Below are positions 61,401 to 64,000 of a DNA stretch of 64,000 nucleotides, piece by piece. The DNA is from Botryllus schlosseri (Eukaryota). The notes under the pieces were generated by a model, which did not search any database, was not told where the DNA came from, and saw only the letters and a program-made list of their open reading frames with translations. Location: assembly GCA_051294905.1 (NCBI GenBank), contig CM119372.1:19532001-19596000 (forward strand), in the 5' to 3' direction. The stretch's first letter is position 1. Each line of letters starts with the position of its first letter. The translations under genes and the position numbers were made by a program.

Positions 61401-64000
61401 ATTATATCCTTGATTGCATCAGTTGATACATTTGGCGACGTTTGGCACGCCAATATGTACTCCAGCATTGTGGCACTATGTGGCCCGAGTCGTCACTAGG
61501 AATCGTGTACATTTATATAGGCTATCCTTCATTGAAAGATAGGGTTAGAATTAGCAATATGACGTCTCGTGACGTCATGAGGTTCACGTTCGTGTTCACA
61601 CAGAACCTTTCAAAAAGGTTCGCGTTCACACGAACCTGAACCTTTAAGAGGTTCACACCATCCCTAGATTCATGCCTCATACGTACTTCGAAAGGGCAAC
61701 TTGACTTGAAATGTGACTTGACTCGTGATTTGACTTGACTTGACTCGAGTCACCTCCAAAAATCGAGTGACTTGACTTGACTCGAGTCACCTTTGAAAAT
61801 CGATTGACTTGACTTGACTCGAGTCAAAATGTGCAATGACTCGAAATGACTCGTGACTCGAAGGTAGTGACTTGATCCCAACACTGATAGATAATAATCG
61901 CTCAAGTGGCTATATTTTTTAACAACTTCCCTTTCTATTTGAAGTCTATTAGGCAAAACTATTTACTTTTCACAATCTGGATTTTGAAACATAGAAAGTA
62001 GCTTTGGGATAAGTCAGTATCACTTTTTTCCGAGTGAAATAGGCATAAGAACAACCACGTGAAATCAACCCCCGTGTCATATTGAACTAAATAGGCATAC
62101 ACTTTCGAAGATTAAAGCTTTGCGTATCGTCATTTGATGTTAGTGGCGAAGATACATCATCCAATTTCGAAAAGTAGCCACCTTCGATTAACTGTTAAAG
62201 TATGCGTCCCTCTACTGAACTGCTAGAGTCCTTTTCATTTTCTACCCTAAGTAGTTTTGTCATACTTGGAAATTTGTTACTACAACTTGAGTAGCTACGT
62301 TGACTGCTTCAACCCTACGCTGATCAAGCAGCACTTGCAGGGCGAGATTGAAGAAAAAAACTCGCCTGATGAAACAAATCCACAGAGCATATCAAGGTCT
62401 CCGAAGGTAGCGCTAACGTCGCCATCTCCACCGCTTTCATGTAGGAAAAAGCCCCTGAAGCCGCATCGATCCACCTTTGACAGAACACAGGATTAAAATC
62501 AGTCGTCCTCTGCTGAAGATTCCATCCGAGAATGCGGTTCCTACCTCAGAGATAGCTTAGGATATTTCTGCTTGTACAGGTTCAACAGAGTCAGGGTCTC
62601 GGAAGACTTCTCGTCGAATTGCTTCCCACCTGAGACGTTGGCTTTGCCAGAGTCATACAGGATCGCCAGCAATCCCACGTTTTGCGGTTGATCGGCCGAC
62701 ATCGAGGCCTGCAATTGAAAGAATGACAATCCTCTATACATCTCATGCTCAGTCCTCACAGACCGCCAAATCATGAGGTAGATATCCATGGCACAGCACC
62801 GGAGGTGGTCAGTAACGAAGTACTCAACTATTTCGGAGTGCTCAAGTACCTTTTGCGTAATGGCACTACTTACTCGGGTGGTGCTGTTTTTAGACTGCTT
62901 CTACTGGAAAAGATTGTTATCATAAACGACATACTTTTTAACTTTTTTTACACTTTGAATAAGTTAACAGAAAGTACCAAAATGTTCGGCGGCCTCAATA
63001 TTAGTAGTTTTGTGCAATAATGATCGTCTGTCACTGGAATGCCAGACTTAGACCCAGAACAGTCCTCCATAAAGACATTTACCAACGATGCAGCGCCACC
63101 GACGCTTTGGTATAACCTGGACGGAAAATCGAATCCGCTCACCTGTTCAAACATCTGCATGAAATCTGCAAAGTTACGGTCGGCCTCCTGCATCGGTAAA
63201 ACAAACGTCACTTTCGTGCTAGCCGCGTCTCGCGCTCCGAACGCCATCACTCGCGAATAGGGCTGGTTGACGCAAACGGTGCCCACCTGGAAGTAACCAA
63301 GTTGATAAACCAAACCTGACAGCTGACAGTGGCCGGTAACAACATAACTATACAGAAGAGACTTTTTGGTGTACACAAGTCTTACGCTCTTACACAACAT
63401 TCACATTGAAAAAATAGGGTTAGCTTTGGGCTAACACTCATACGGGACAATCGTCAGCAAATGAAGACAAGAATTCCTTAAGCTGACACAAGCATGGCTG
63501 GCGGATTTTAATCAAGGTGTGGGCGGCCTCTCCTGACTGCAGAACATCTTTTGTCAATATAGTTGTTAGAGGAGTTCATACCCATGGCCTGATCTCTGCT
63601 GAAGCCTCAACTTCAAATGACTCTTACTAAACAAGGGTCACCGACACGCCGCCCGCAAGGTCATATTTTGTGGCCCGCGGCATGATTTTAGATTTCGGAA
63701 GAACGCTTAATAAGGCATTTCATAGTGCGGAAACTGATTTCAGTTTAAAAATAATGTTGTTGTTGCTCAAAATAAGCTATTCGCTTGTGTCAAGCATCAC
63801 TATTCCTCACTAGCTGACGTATCTTCGACAATGGTAATAGAAATTCAGGAAGGTAGATATGCATTATGCAATGGCTCAGACAATGCCAATACGGAGAGTC
63901 GGAGACGCTTAGAAAACGACTTGGCGCTACCCACAAGATCAAGCTCCATGACGAGATATAGTTTTCCAGCAAGTGCCGTGTCTAGCTGACTCCAATATCG
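58417..64000 (-). CDS. Chondroitin sulfate synthase family glycosyltransferase (CHSY/CHPF-like), 5' part outside the window; exons (minus) 64000-63893 (runs off the window edge), 63286-63143, 62708-62545, 62474-62366, 59853-59761, 59705-59587, 58606-58417
   Basis: The spliced peptide reads VTFVLPMQEADRNFADFMQMFEQ...QNVGLLAILYD...YKQKYPK...SGAFSY...YLYHIRLNTV...FFPVPFQ...GFWRSF...CGYKHDLV...GLDVFRAPEYALVKKWRDLDCD. It is collinear with the C-terminal domain of CHSY1/CHPF, and phases are consistent. Confidence 0.8.
58671..58963 (-). mobile_element. Short MITE with TAGGGTTAC termini
   Basis: Termini are TAGGGTTACC...AGTAACCCTA with a perfect TSD CACTACGG. Confidence 0.85.
59915..61886 (-). mobile_element. 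hAT-type family A (copy 2, inverted)
   Basis: TIRs are CAGTGTTGGGAT...ATCCCAACACTG with a perfect TSD ATAGATAA. The termini are near-identical to the reverse complement of 18494-21335. Confidence 0.92.
60679..61666. mobile_element. hAT-type element with GTGAAC/GTTCAC motifs nested in family A copy 2
   Basis: TIRs are TAGGGATGGTGTGAAC...GTTCACACCATCCCTA. The TSD is GTATTCAT/G-ATTCAT (1-nt indel). Confidence 0.8.

Noticed and set aside
1..64000. Prokaryotic operon or defence system
   Set aside because: All recognisable genes are spliceosomal-intron-containing metazoan genes, and there are no long intronless bacterial-type ORFs.

Overview
This is eukaryotic, intron-rich metazoan genomic DNA. 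The gene content and many 55-90 nt introns suggest a marine invertebrate chordate such as an ascidian (inference). Most entries in the ORF track are noise or exon fragments. Manual splice reconstruction, with phases checked at every junction, gives four protein-coding genes: (1) a 5-exon, 329-aa protein with a basic MG- N-terminus and two tandem death domains (1797-8298, +); (2) a 16-exon, about 691-aa secreted single-domain ACE/peptidase M2 with intact HEMGH...EAIGD zinc ligands, an acidic N-terminal extension and unusual active-site substitutions (9966-24488, +); (3) a 12-exon, about 819-aa PEA3/ETV1/4/5 ETS factor (39343-53571, +); (4) the 3' part of a chondroitin synthase family (CHSY/CHPF-like) gene lacking canonical catalytic motifs (58417 to beyond 64000, -). 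Introns and intergenic DNA hold at least 12 non-autonomous hAT-type elements with perfect 8-bp TSDs, often nested. There is also a decayed PIF/Harbinger element, a LINE 3' end, a tRNA-derived SINE and a Rab-like pseudogene fragment. A Penelope-like insertion forms a 70-bp perfect hairpin that carries a minimal hammerhead ribozyme motif on each strand. The only two GC-AG introns in these gene models both host the same satellite-bearing hAT family, in the same orientation and near the 3' splice site.
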